A DNA stretch of 64,000 nucleotides from Octopus sinensis (GCF_006345805.1 NC_043018.1:29822001-29886000), one strand, 5' to 3'. Counted from the stretch's first letter, positions 25,929-39,760 are shown. The notes: a model not told the origin generated them from the letters alone. Numbers and translations are program-made.

Positions 25929-27202
25929 CGAGGGACGTTCAATAAGTAATGCCCCTGACTCACTTCTCACAGTAGAGCAACGAAACTTGGCACAGTTATT
26001 AGTCTTTTTCTACATAGGAACCACCCAGAGTTAAGCATTTCTCCCAATGTTTGATACAGCTCTGAAAACCGTTTTTGTAGAAGACCCCAGCTTGGTCCTC
26101 CAACCACGACGTGACTTCAGAAATCAAGGCTGCCTCATCTGGGAAACGCTTTCCTTTCAAAAACAACTTCATGACTGGGAAGAGGTGAAAATCAGAGGGT
26201 GCAAGGTCAGGAGAGTAAAGGGAATGGGGGATGAGTTCATAGCCGCACGCCTGTGCTTCTGATTGGCGACACGCAAGTTGTGGATCGGAGCGTTGTCCTG
26301 CAGGAGGAGGATGACTTTGCTGATCTTGCCCGCCTCTTGATTTTGATAGCTTCTCTTAATTTCCTCAAAGGTGAAGCATAATAGACTCCTGTAATTGTGG
26401 CAGGAAATCTGTCATCATTACTCCGTCCTGGTCCTAGAAGACTGTGAGCATGACCTTGCCAGCGGAGGGCGGTACCCTTGCCTTCTTTGGAGGTGAGTCA
26501 CGGTGCTTCCACTGCATTGACTGGGCTTTCGTCTCTGGATCATAGGGATGGACCCATGTTTCATCCTGTGTAATCAGGCTTTTGAAAAATTTGGACTCAT
26601 CTTCTTGGCACATCTCCAAATTCATCCTCGAGCAATCGACGCGTTCTTGCTTCTGGAAAGGCGTGAGCAACCTGGGAATCCATCTGGCAGACACCTTTTG
26701 CATATGCAAATGGTCATGAATGATAGTTTCCACAGACCCGGTGCTAATCTTGACCTCATGCGCTATTTGGCGAATAGTTATGCGTCGATTTTCCAAAATG
26801 ACAGCCTCAACTTGACGGACAGATGCCTTATCAAAGGCAGAAGGGGGCGACCAGATCTGGGAGCTGTTTCCACAGAGTTCCGACCATGTTTGAATTCACG
26901 ATGCCAGCGTTTTACAAGGTCATATGATGGGGCATCATCACCATAAGTTACTTTCATTTCATCAAAAGTCCCCCGTGGTGTGCGTCCTTTCAAATACAAA
27001 AACTGGATCACTGCTCGACACTCAACAGGCTCCATTTCACACTTGACTCAGTTCAAATACCTGTAAATCAGAAACCACAATTAGTTCAGAGCTGTAATTT
27101 GCCACTTAAACTATAGCGATATAGATAATTGCACATGCAAACTTCTAGCCAGATCAAACAAGTGCAAGTGGGTCAGGGACATTACTTATTGAACGCCCCT
27201 CG
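25929..27202 (-). mobile_element. full-length mariner (DD34D, irritans-like), 1274 bp
   Basis: TIRs cgagggacgttcaataagtaatgcccctgac / gtcagggacattacttattgaacgcccctcg, each flanked by TA; transposase with WIPRLL, ITQDETW, LQDNAP, YSPDLAPSDF and WEKCLTLGGSYVEKD*. Confidence 0.95.
25999..27035 (-). pseudogene. frameshifted mariner transposase
   Basis: ATG 27035; ORF pieces 26778-27035 and 26434-26796; stop at 25999-26001. Confidence 0.9.
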
Positions 27203-27269
27203 TAGCGTATATATATATGTATATATATATATATATGCGTGTGTGTGTGTGTATGTATATATATATATA

Positions 27270-27311
<42 letters not shown>

Positions 27312-27359
27312 CAGTGTGTATATATATGTATATATGTGTGTGTATATATATAATATGTG

Positions 27360-27411
<52 letters not shown>

Positions 27412-27639
27412 TGTATATATATATATATATGTGCCTGTGTGTGCGTATAGATATGTGTGTATATATATTTATGTATGTATCTATCTATCTATCCATGTAT
27501 CTATGTTTATTGGCGGTGGTAAATGTGTATGAACTCTGTTACACTTCACCATATGTTTCCATCTATTTATTATTTACAAAGGAATATATATTAAACTTCA
27601 GTTATGGTAGTGTTAACTGAATGGAATTATGGTATCTTT

Positions 27640-28560
27640 CAGAATTAAATTTATTATAGTAAAAGATTGAGGAAATTTACAAAGCTGGGTGGTCAAGATA
27701 CCCCAGAGAAAGTATTTTGAATTTCGCAACTAATTCGATCCAAGACACCAGTTTAGCTTAGAAAATGTTATACTTTCTGAAATTCACTTTTATTCCTATG
27801 ATTATGTCCCTGTGGAACTTTTCTCCGCCGTGTCTAGCATTGCTTATACAGTTCTGGTCACCCTATTCCAGTATTGAGAGCCGTTTTATGATTTCGTTAG
27901 CAGATCTTCCCAGAAACACCCTCGTTCCCACCGGTAAGGGTCTAGATAAAGGAACCACATTCTCTAAATTTTACTGTAATTCTCAGTCTTGTAAATGTAA
28001 ACTTCCTCCATTTTATTTCCATTTTGTACAGCGATTTTATTTAGAATCACTTGTGATGAAAGTGAATAGAATACAACATCTAATTTCTTAGCGCACTTGA
28101 TGATGATCTATATGTAAAGCTTTCAGTTTGCAAGGTGTGTTGAGCATTGCCATTTGCCTCCTCCATTCGGTGAACACTTCCTCCGTGATTCAATTAGCAC
28201 AACTATTCCAGGTAACAAAATTTTTACCATCTAGCATTAAAAGAGCTTCTATTGGCGTCGTCTTTCTTATCGCGGTACAAACCACACGTGAGATCTATTT
28301 AAACATATGATTATGCCTTCAAGTGTACCTCCCTTGGCTTAAGATATGTTCTACTGTTTGTTTTCTTTGTCATAGCAGGCAAAATAAAGGGTTTTCCCTA
28401 CTTCACCAGGTTTGTAATTGAAAGCAGGAACTTACAGTCCTGGGGATGATGTCAACTCTTTTAGAGGAGTCATGTGGCATATTCCGTTGAATCTGACAAT
28501 TCTTTGGAGTGCAATTTCCGAATGTTGTCCTATATCCTTGATTCTCTTCGCATCCTTCCC
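27640..28560 (-). mobile_element. highly decayed CR1-like LINE fragment
   Basis: Weak remnants of RT (DAKRIK...IALQ) and C-terminal (LEYGDQ...EKFHR) motifs with many stops. Confidence 0.35.
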
Positions 28561-29574
28561 CCATTACTCACTTTTCGAATTTCCACATCCTTCATTACCA
28601 TTCCTTTAACGACCACTCCACTGAGCCTAATCCCTGCCTCTTGACCCCATTGTAACCTGTTCTAAATTGAAATTTAACTGACGTAGATTTGACTTTTACC
28701 CTTTTGGGGTCGATAAAAATAAGAACCAGCCATCTCCTGGAGTTGATGTAATTGAAATCCTCTTCCCGTAGAAAAACCGCTGGAACTGTGCCAAAATTTG
28801 AAACAGTCGTTTCCAGAAAGTTGAAGCTTTCTTTTGCAACATCCCCTTCGTCCTGAAGTTTCCATTTTCTGCCAATTCTCACTTTGGGTTGAATTCATCT
28901 CACAACCTTATGTCTTCAATTCTCAAACATACACAGTGCTTAGATTTGCATCAGGGCATCCGTATTCCATCAATTGGGCAGACTAGGCAGTTTTCCTTTG
29001 CCTTGTGGCTATGATAAAAGAGGCTCTTTGGTAGACAAGGCTGAAAGGCATGAGGACAGATACATTCCTCTTTAGCAGAGCTCTCATTGACTTCTTCAGG
29101 TTTCACTTGAAAAGGAAATTGAGAGTAGAGAGGGAAGTTTATTGAAGGGTGGGTGAAAGTTGGGAAAATGGCAAGAGTGGATGGTACATCTCTAAGTGTA
29201 GACCTGTGAGTCGGAGAGAAGGAATTGGAGAGGGCTCCTTGGGTTTCAGGGAAATCTCGGACAGTGAGGTTCCGCGATTATCCCTGGAGGTGTTCCTGTA
29301 TCAGGAGGGCCATATCTCTATCATCCCCCACTTAAATTTTTTTTTACCTTTGTCTGCTATGCTTTTGCCTCTTCTTTTGCAGTGTATACCGTATATATAC
29401 TTTATTTTTTTATTATTTATTTTATTTTTTATTATTTTATCATTTCGTTATTATATGTACCCCCCCCCACACTTTATGTCTGTCTCTGTATTGCCCCCCT
29501 CATATTTCGCCCTTGTAGCAAATAAATGAAGTCATTATTATTGCTATTGTTGTTGTTGATGAAGATGATGATGG

Positions 29575-29612
<38 letters not shown>

Positions 29613-30894
29613 GTGGTAGTGATGGTGATGGGGATGATGGGGATGATGATGAGGAGGAGGAGGAGGATAATGATGATGATGATGCTGTTGTCATCGTCGT
29701 CGTCGTCGTCGTTTTCGTTTTTGTTATTGTTGCAAAAGTTGTTGCCCTTATTATTGTCACCATCATCTTTATCAATAATTATCATTATTAATAGTAATTG
29801 AGGTGTTTTCTTTTTGTACCTTTTTAGTTATTATTGTTCATGTTGTTGTTGTTGTTTTCATTATTATTCACGTTACTATTGTTGTTGCTGTTGTTGCTGT
29901 CGTTATCCTTACATGTATTTCCATTATATAAATATACACAACTAACAAGCCTGTTATTTTCCTTATTTTATCTTTGATATTTATATATAATAAATATAAT
30001 AATATAAATTGTTGTTGTTATTGTTGTTGTTACTATTGATACTCACTGAGTAGAACAAACACATCAACACACAAAGCTTCCCCTGATTTTCATTCCTTTT
30101 GTGTATTTTTGATATTTCGCATGAAGCAGATCAAATGAATAACGCAAAGTTACTTCTCGATGTCTGAAAACGAATCGGAACCAAATACAATTATTTAAGT
30201 CGCTAAATAAGATAATAAATGCGTCTGTGATTATCTTGGTTATCAAAAGAAGATATAAATTAATAATAGCTCAATTCTGACGATTTATAACGGAGTACAT
30301 TAAAATCCTCTCCTGCGATATGATTACAAAACTTCACCAACTGAAAGAGAGGTTACAGACAGGCTGGCTCAATGAACGAAATAATATAAAAATGAAAGAA
30401 GCAAGATAAGAAACATGTGATATCAACTCCACTTTAATCAAATATCTACATGGTGATATTCATAAAGAAAAATGTAGAGAATGGAGCAGAACAAGCGACT
30501 GTGATACGGTTTCGTTATTGTAATCTGGTTTTGTGACTGTAATACACTTTCGAGACTGTAATGAGTTTTCCAGTCTGTAATGTTTCTTTCGTAACAATGA
30601 AAGATCTTCTTCAACATTTTGACCAGATTTCAATTCTGATAAATTCCTTTTCAAACCGGCGAAGTGCTTTCAAGTCGGCGACGAAATTTTTGTGAAGGCG
30701 ATGAGCTTTCAGTCTCTACTTGAAGCGGTTTCGTTTCTATTACATTAATAACAATTCACGATCTTGTAAGATGCGGGAAGGTCACAGATTTCATTCAGCT
30801 TCTTATCTTAAGCATACAGCCTGGTTTTAATAGAACAAAGATGCACAAAAGAAAATTTGAAGTAGCTTTGTATTTACTCATTTTGATACACATA

Positions 30895-31009
30895 CTGTAG
30901 TAGTAGCAGTAGTAGTAGTAGTAGTAGTAGTAGTAATAGTAGTATTACTTTAGCCCCCAAACAGTTCTTATTATTATCATCATCATTATCATTATTATTA
31001 TTATTATTA

Positions 31010-31044
<35 letters not shown>

Positions 31045-31069
31045 ATTATTATTATTATCATCATTATTA

Positions 31070-31109
<40 letters not shown>

Positions 31110-31141
31110 CATCATCATTATCATTATTATTATTATTGTTA

Positions 31142-31185
<44 letters not shown>

Positions 31186-31250
31186 TATTATTATTATCAT
31201 TATTATTATCATTATTATTATCATTATTATTATTATTATTATTATTATCA

Positions 31251-31320
<70 letters not shown>
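30895..31320. repeat. (TAG)n/(TTA)n microsatellite array
   Basis: Direct reading. Confidence 0.95.
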
Positions 31321-31321
<1 letters not shown>

Positions 31322-32775
31322 GCTGGAGATGTACTACGGTGTCAGCTGTTCACTATCAGTGAACTAAGGTAATACCTCTTATTTTTCGAGCACCTTCCGG
31401 AGTACTCGAGCGGTTCCAATCAGTGCTGTTTTCTGCAAGTGCTCCACCTATATTGCTGCCCATATTTTTTCCATGTAATTCTCAAGATTTTTGCTACTGT
31501 TCCCAGGGCTCCGACAATTATTGGTACTACTACCACCATTTTCATCGATCACAACTGCTGAACCTCCTAAGCTAACCTGTCATATCTGTCGACTTTTCAT
31601 TCTTCCTTATCGCATACCTTGTTGTCGGCTGGTCATGCTATATCTATGATCCAGCATAGTTTGTTTTCTTTCTCAATTAAGACTATGCTTGGCTTCCTAT
31701 TCTCTATCTCATGGTCACACTGAATCATAAAATCCCACAGGATCTTTGCATTATCATTTTCGATGATGCCTTCGGGTTTGTGTTCGTACCAATTTTTTGC
31801 TCAGTCAAGTCCACACTTGTTGCAAAGTGTCCAATGGACAAGCCTTGCTATATTGTCGTGGCGTCTCTTATATTTTTCTGGGCTAGTGGCGTACATTTTC
31901 TGGTAATATGCCATACGGTTTCACAACTTTGTCCACAGATTCTGCACATATCACTCTCTGATATGTTGTCTATTCAGTATTTTATGTAGTTTGTCCATAG
32001 TACTTGCTCTTGGCCAGCACAGATTAGAGCCTCCGTTTCTGGTTTTAAATCATTTTTAGTCATCCATAGCCATCGTTTTTCTCTACCAGGTTTTATCTTC
32101 AAGATCCCTATGAAATTGTCCATGCATTCTTTTCTTTACCCACCTATTTTCAGTTTCATTCGTTTTCAATTGCTTTTATAGTGCTTTTTATGTTTATAAA
32201 CTTTCATCTTTCACAAGCCTGATCTTACTTCTAATAATAGCAGATTTGTGGCATTTTTTACATACCATGGCATGCTCATTTCTTCTCTTCTAATGCCGTG
32301 TTTGCATCCAATAAGTCCTCTACCTCCTCTTTTCCTTGGTGCATACACTTTACTCTTTTACTCTTTTACTTGTTTCAGTCATTTGACTGCGGCCATGCTG
32401 GAGCACCGCCTTTAGTCGAGCAAATCGACCCCGGGACTTATTCTTTGTAAGCCCAGTACTTATTCTATCGGTCTCTTTTGCCGAACCGCTAAGTGACGGG
32501 GACGTAAACACACCAGCATCGGTTGTCAGGCAATGCTAGGGGGACAAACACACACACATATATATATATACATATATACGACAGGCTTCTTTCAGTTTCC
32601 GTCTACCAAATCCACTCATAAGGCTTTGGTTGGCCCGGGGCTATATCAGAAGACATTTGCCCAAGATGCCACGCAGTGGGACTCTACCCGGAACCATGTG
32701 GTTGGTTAGCAAGCTACTTACCACACAGCCACTCCACGCCTTAAAATACAGTCACTTTTTGTGTGGAGTGTCCTA
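31321..32775 (-). mobile_element. R4/Dong-type LINE, 5'-truncated and interrupted by a SINE A
   Basis: LHTKSD..|..VYAPRKRGGRGL, CCHC knuckle CRICGQSCETVWHITRKC, ILWDFMIQCDH, KPSIV..WIIDIA, VPIIVGALG (RLE endonuclease); (TAA)n at both ends. Confidence 0.85.
32350..32740 (-). mobile_element. SINE family A, full-length, nested in the R4 element
   Basis: Complete match to 838-1260; R4 coding sequence resumes on both sides. Confidence 0.9.
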
Positions 32776-32777
32776 TG

Positions 32778-32854
<77 letters not shown>

Positions 32855-32860
32855 CATTAT

Positions 32861-33072
32861 TCAGTAGTTTTATTTTTATAGCGTGCTTTCACTTCACTAC
32901 CGAGTGCAGCTCTGTGTGCCTTGGGTATGTGCTGTGATTTGTTGTGATGCTCTGATGGTTATTGTATGGAAAGTGTTCTGCGTAGGATGTGTGCAGTGCC
33001 TAGTAGTGCAATTTTCTGTATGTTATATGTGTTTGTAAGTCCTGGTGTTTTTGTTATGTATTTGTCTGAATA

Positions 33073-33073
<1 letters not shown>
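32861..33073 (-). mobile_element. 3' end of a second R4/Dong-type LINE inside a (TAA)n array
   Basis: KYSDKYITKTPGLTNTYNIQKIALLGTAHILRRTLSIQ* plus short 3' UTR. Confidence 0.8.
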
Positions 33074-33142
<69 letters not shown>

Positions 33143-33586
33143 CTTCATTACCATTATTATTATTATTATCATTATTATTATTTTCATTAACATAATTATT
33201 AATATTACTAGTATTAAGGTGGTGAAATGACAGGATTGTTAGCACGCCGGGCAAAAATGCCTAGTGGTATTTGCTTCGACATTATGTTCTGTGTTCAAAT
33301 TCCGCCGAGGTCGACTTTGCCTTTCGTGCTTTCGGCCCTTGAGGCAAAAATTTGAAACAATAATAATTATTATCATTATTATTCTTTTTATTGTTGATAT
33401 TATTTAGACCAATTTATCCGTTGTCCAGTGGATCTATAATCCAAGATGATCCAGCCATGATCACCTAACTTCATTCCACACGCTATGACTCAAGCTTTGT
33501 CTCAGTTTGTTACGTAATAGTAGCAAAGATGGAGTTCGCAACCATCGTGTAAAGCGTGTAACAGTTATCGTTTCTACAGAGTAGAA

Positions 33587-33989
33587 GGCGCAGGAGTGGC
33601 TGTGTGGTAAGTAGCTTGCTTACCAACTACATGGTTCCGGCTTCAGTCCCACTGTGTGGAACCTTGGGCAAGTGTCTTCTATTATAGCCTCGGGCCGACC
33701 AAAGCCTTGTGAGTGGATGTGGTTGATGGAAACTGGAAGAAGCTCGTCGTATATATGTATATATATATGTATTTGTGTGTATATGTTTTTGTGTCTGTGT
33801 TCTTCCCCCCAACATCGGTTGACAACCGATGCTGGTCCCCGTAACTTAGCGGTTTGGCAAAAGAGACCGATAGAATAAGTACTAGGCTTACAAAGAATAA
33901 GTCCTAGGGTCGATTTGCTCGACTAAAGGCGGTGCTCCAGCATGACCGCAGTCAAATGACTGAAACAAGTAAAAGAGAGTAAAGAGTAA
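33587..33989 (+). mobile_element. SINE family A, full-length
   Basis: Matches 838-1260. Confidence 0.88.
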
Positions 33990-34225
33990 TTTATGGAAGA
34001 TTTCTGGTTTATTTCAGATCAAAGTTACAGCAGCAGCAGCAGCAGGAACAGCATTTGTAATGGCGTTGATGCTCGAGGGGAAGGAAGAAGGAGAAGAATT
34101 ACAGCTTATTGGTGTTCTCATTGACGACATCACTAATTTTTTTTGTTTGTTTATAACTGAATATTTCACATACTCATACAAACACACGCACACATGATAT
34201 GTGTATATCTACACATATATGTGTA

Positions 34226-34405
34226 TCTATGTTAGGAATGGTCAGTGGCAAGAGAGGAAGAGGCCGACCAAGAACTCGCTGGCTTGACACCATCAAGAGT
34301 GATACCGGAATGGACATAGCCAATCTGAAAGAAGCGACCCAGGATAGAACTCACTGGAGGACACTGATCCAACGAGTGACCGAGGGTCGAGTTCGACTGA
34401 GCGGG
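34226..34405 (+). mobile_element. RTE (BovB-like) LINE 3' end
   Basis: MLGMVSGKRGRGRPRTRWLDTIKSDTG...ATQDRTHWRTLIQRVTEGRVRL is a typical RTE C-terminus; runs into (TA)n. Confidence 0.8.
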
Positions 34406-34461
<56 letters not shown>

Positions 34462-36321
34462 TATATATACATATATAGTGTGCATCATTGTTTTATCTGT
34501 ATGTGTATGTGTGTGTGTTCGTGTGTGTTCCCTATGTGTGAGTGTATTTGTTTCCCTTATTAGAACGAATAAAGACGTTAGAGAATGTATTTTACGTTCA
34601 TTTCTTCAATTTTCTGAACTCATATATTATTCTTATACCCTTCTGTTCATGTCTTGAATATCAAGTCTATAAAATAAACATAATCAAGAATAAAGGCATT
34701 AATGTTGACGTTTAGAGTTGAGATCTTTTGTTGTTGTCTTTATTTTTTTATTTCATGACCATCTTTCATAGTATAGCATGTTCATTATGTGGGAAATAAA
34801 CTATTTTAGTCAATTAAAAGTTGTAAATTTCCAAATAAATATGGTTAAAGTGAATACAAGAACTCGCCAATTTTGTTCAAATTGCAAATTGATGCAACAG
34901 AATGTCATACTTTTCCGAGAAACATTGTTCACACCTCCTATTGCCATGAAGTATGTTCCTATAACAGACCATTGTATGATACAACTGATAATGTTATTAG
35001 CAGTTAAGGTTCAGAGATATTTCGTTAGCGAAATGGTAATGTGTTTTCCTGAGTGCCTGAATACATACAAAGACAATACAGTGGCATTAACATGAAACAT
35101 TTCATCTTATATTTTGATTATCTTTTCAATGTTTTAAACTTGCTCATTAGTTCACGTTGAGAATGCATGAACTGTTATACAATTTCGAAGAGTGATTACA
35201 ATCGATTGAATGAAACTGCAATTTTCACCTGGAATTTATTTTATCGATCTAGGAAGGCCGAAAGGCAAAGTTAATTGTAGCGCAACCTGAACGCCGGATG
35301 GGAAGAGAAATTACTAAATAACACCATAATTTTGTGATTGATTCTCAAGCACAAAATTATCTGCTACGATTATCATATGATATATTGTCCTTCATAAATA
35401 TTTAAATATGTTCACGTCAACATCATCAATTAAAATGTAGAATGATCGTTATGTTCCATTACTGGAAAAAAGGGTGAAGCTTAAATTTAGGCCGTCTTTG
35501 TCTTTCAGTAGAGAATAGAGATAGCAAAGGATGCTGTTAGACAACTATCTAGCTTCTTAGGCACAGGAGGTTGGCGACTTCAACAGAGAATGAAGACAAA
35601 CATAAATGTCGCACTGTTTAACTCTATTTGCTGTTGAAGAACAAAGCTTAGAAATTTTATATTTCTCGCAGTCGTTAACCGTTTACTTGTCTTGTGTATC
35701 ACATGACATGCACAGAACATTTCCTCGGCACCCATGTATCATGAGATGCGCAATCCCAATTGATTTTAAGCCCCATAGTAACTTGGGTCTCTTGAAAAGA
35801 AAACTTGATATTACTGAGAAGGTATTAAACGAGGGCTAACTAATAAAATAAATGAGGTGCTTATCTGTGGACACTGGAATGGATAAAATAGTAAACATAT
35901 CCACTTAAATCACGGAGACATTATTGTCTTTAAAACAGTATATACTTCCAATATACATTAACCCGTTGCCTCGCTTATGTATCATATTTTTATGCAGGAC
36001 TTATTGCCCAGACTTGGGACTTATGAAAAGAAAGTTCTGTATAATTCAGAATGCCTGAAATAAAAACTGGACTAAAATGTCTGAAAACAAGCATGAACTT
36101 TTAGGACAAACTTATGCTTTCGACAGGCAAATGGTTAAGAGTGGAGAAACCTCTGTCTTAGTGTAAACTTTTTCTTGTCCTCTGTATCATATCTGATATA
36201 TGGCACATACTTTCCTGTCAACCATGCATCTTATATGATATTTATTCCCAATTTTTTTAGTCAAACGTCTGAGTAACTTGGGACTTAAGAAAAAGAAAGC
36301 TTTATATTACTTTAAATTATC

Positions 36322-36401
<80 letters not shown>

Positions 36402-36979
36402 CGGGGAACGGTGGAACTAATCTGTTATGACACGGACTTGTATAAACAATAACAGCAACAAAAGGAACAATGGCTGGGCCTCTCTGTGAGCGCTGGGATG
36501 GCTAGAATTAGCAAGCAAATCTCACAAAGAATTTATCGTATTAAAAAAAGGAGTACTATCTGCAATAGATATTTGTTTCAAATTTTGGCACGAGGTCAGC
36601 AATTTCGGGGGACTGTTTAAGCCGATTAATTCGACTCCACTACTTAACAGGTACTGATTTTATCCACCCCGAAAGAAAGAGAGGCTAAGTCGACGTCGGC
36701 GACATTTGAACTCAGAACGTAAAGACGGACGATATGCCGCTAGCGCGCTGCCTTAATATCGGTTTCAAATTATGGAACATGGCCTGGATTTCGGGGGAGG
36801 GGTAAGTCGATTACATCGACCCCAGTGCTCATTTGATGATTATTTTATCCCTAAAATATGAAAGTCAAAGATGACCCCTGCTAGCATTTGAACTTAGAAC
36901 GAAAGGAATGCCCCCTAGGCATTTTATCTGGCGCGGTAACGATTGTGCCAACTCTCCACCTTAATATTTCCACTATATA

Positions 36980-37851
36980 TTGGGTCATCCCTTAAATAAT
37001 GCGTTTTTTTTTCAATTTCATGAACTAAAAGTCCGAGGGGGACGGGATAAACTGCCTACATCAACTTGCTAAAGGCATTTAGCAGTTTTATTTTGTATTT
37101 ATTCTTAGTGTAAGTTTTGAAAAGTGCAGTTTGATTTTAGCAGTTAGTTTTTCAAAGCTATAAGGGAACTGACACAGGAACATATTCACTATATTTTTGC
37201 TTTATGATTTCAATAAAGGCAACAACGCAACGGAAAGTGCGAGGGATATTAATTCAGTATATGGGGATCGGACAATAAAAATAAGCCAGTGACAACAGTG
37301 GTTGCAGAAATTCCGAACAGCAAGCTATAGCGTAGAAGATGAGCCTCGTCCTGTAAGATTCGTAGAGCTCGACGAAGACGTCCTGCAAAACCTGATGGAG
37401 CAAAGTTCCATCGAAAGTGTTCAGAAACTAGCAGAGAAGCTGGGATTTGGTCATTCAAAAAGTCATTCAAGTCAACGCTAGAAGAAAAACGACCATCTTT
37501 GGTATCAAATCGAAAGGTGTTCTTCCATCGGCCGCTGGAGCAGTCTGAATGGGAAATGATGCTCCACCCACTATATTCGCTGGACATTGCCCCATCTGTT
37601 TATCATTTATTTCGCAGTCTTCAAAATCATTTCGGCGGAAAAATATGAATTCTGTAGACAAGGTCAGAATGGTACTGGAGGAGTATTTTCCGTTACGGAC
37701 AAGTGAATTTTAGAATTCTACCAGATAGATGGAGGAGCATTAAAACAATGAACGAGAGTATATTTTAGGTTAAAAAAAGACCTTCGTTTATCTTAATTTT
37801 GAAAAATAAAAGCAGTATTTAAAAATCCATGTTATTCCTGAGATGGCTCAA
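36980..37851 (+). mobile_element. internally deleted mariner
   Basis: Imperfect TIRs ttgggtcatccc / agatggctcaa with TA flanks; PLYSLDIAPSVYHLFRSLQNHF remnant of the YSPDL motif. Confidence 0.7.
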
Positions 37852-37856
37852 TATTA

Positions 37857-38255
37857 AGGCGGCGAGCTGGCAGAGACGTTAGCGCGCCGGGCGAAATGCT
37901 TAACGGTATTTCGTCTGCGTTACGTTCTGAGTTCAAATTCCTCCGAGGTCGACTTTGCCTTTCATCCTTTCGGGGTCGATAAATAAAGTACCAGTTACGC
38001 ACTGGGGTCGATGTAATCGACTTAATACCTATGTCTGTCCTTGTATGTCCCCTCTGTGTTTAGCCCCTTGTGGGTAATAAAGAAATAGGTATTTTGTCTG
38101 CCGCTACGTTCTGAGTTCAAATTCCGCCGTGGTCGACTTTGCTTTACATCCTTCCGGGATCGATAAATTAAGTACCATTTGCGTACTGGGGTCGATCTAA
38201 TCGACAGGCCCCCACCCCAAAAATTTCGGGCCTTGTACCTAGAGTAAAAAAGAAT
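37857..38255 (+). mobile_element. SINE B followed head-to-tail by an older SINE B relative with a different 3' tail
   Basis: 37857-38087 ends ...aataaagaaata; 38088-38255 starts ggtattttgtctgcc and ends ...ccttgtacctagagtaaaaaagaata. Confidence 0.8.
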
Positions 38256-39179
38256 ATTAACCTGATATAGATTAAGGCAGTGAGCAAGCCGAATCGCTAG
38301 CACATTGGACACTATGCTTATCAGCATTTCTTTTGCTCTTTACGTTCAAATTTCACCCACGTCGACTTCGCCTTTCATACTTTCGGAATCGACGAAATAA
38401 AGCACATAGGTGATTGAGAACAGAAATCGATGTAATCAAGAATTCACTTGCTCTAAAATTTCAGGTATTGTCTCAAAATTTCGAAACCAATATATATTAA
38501 GCTGAGAAAATGATGCGTTGGTTATGAATGGATTGGATTGCGCAATTAGATTTAGCAACCTAGCGTTTAACAACTCCGACAATGAGATGAAAAAAAATGC
38601 ATAAAAAGAAATGAAAGAAACAAATACAATAAGGTGATAATCACCAATGAAGAAGAAAACCTCAGTTGTTTTCGTGTATTTTTTCCTTTTTTTGTAATTG
38701 TTTAATATACTATTTTTACTTTAGAATCTAAAATTAATGAGAGAGAAAAAATAAAAAAGATTATTATGAAAATGTCTTTTATTCTGTAAATTAAAAAACA
38801 AAAATTTTACTTTGTTTTCTCGTCTTAAAACTAAAATATTAACGATCAGACTTCCATCATTGAATAACTATGACCTTACCACCGACTAACATTATTACTG
38901 CTGTCGTTGTTGTTTTTATTGTTTTTGTTGTTGTTGTTGTTGTTTTCATATCCGTGTTGGTTTTCCTGTTTTCGGAGTTAAAATTGTGTCTTTTGATTCT
39001 GCTTTCTTTCAATTTTGGTTTCTTTGGCAAAATATTTCGTTGATTCCATTGTAGTGCTCTAATTTGTTAATTATATATTTGTTCAATATGACAGAGGAGG
39101 TGCATGACCTATTGGTTAAGGCGTCGCATTCCCGATCGTGGGATCGTGGTTTCGAATTCCAAGAGGTGGTGTTGCTTTC

Positions 39180-39503
39180 TCATTACTCTTTTATACTTGT
39201 TTCAGTCATTTGACTGCGGCCAAGCTGCAGCACCTCCTTTAGTCGAAGAAATCGACCCCAGGACTTATTTTTTGTAAGCCTAGTACTTATTATATCAGTC
39301 TCTTTTGCCGAACCGCTAAGTGACGGGGACTTAAACACACCAGCCATCGGTAGTCAAGCGATGTTGGGGAACAAACACAGACACACAAACATATACACAC
39401 ATACACTCACACACACACATACACCACATACACACATACATATATATATATATATATAATATATATATATATATTATATATATATATATATATAATATAT
39501 ATA

Positions 39504-39534
<31 letters not shown>

Positions 39535-39760
39535 CATATATACGACGGGCTTCTTTCAGTTTCCGTCTACCAAATCCGCTTACAAGGCTTTGGTCGGCCC
39601 GAAGCTATAGTAGAAGACACTTGCCCAAGCTGACACGCAGTGGGACTGAACCCGGAACCATGTGGCTGGTAAGCAAGCTACATACCACTCCTGTGCCTCA
39701 CAGCCATTCCTGCGCCTCACATCCATCCCTGTGCCTCACAGCCACTCCTGCGCCTCACAA
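39180..39760 (-). mobile_element. SINE family A, full-length, expanded internal microsatellite and reiterated 5' end
   Basis: Body match; 19-nt head unit repeated about four times at 39686-39760. Confidence 0.85.

Noticed and set aside
30130-30850. Possible decayed PLE coding remnant
   Set aside because: Only isolated weak motifs; not enough to call.
39686-39760. Possible CRISPR-like or regular repeat array
   Set aside because: Adjacent 19-nt units with no spacers, derived from the SINE 5' end; no cas genes; eukaryotic context.
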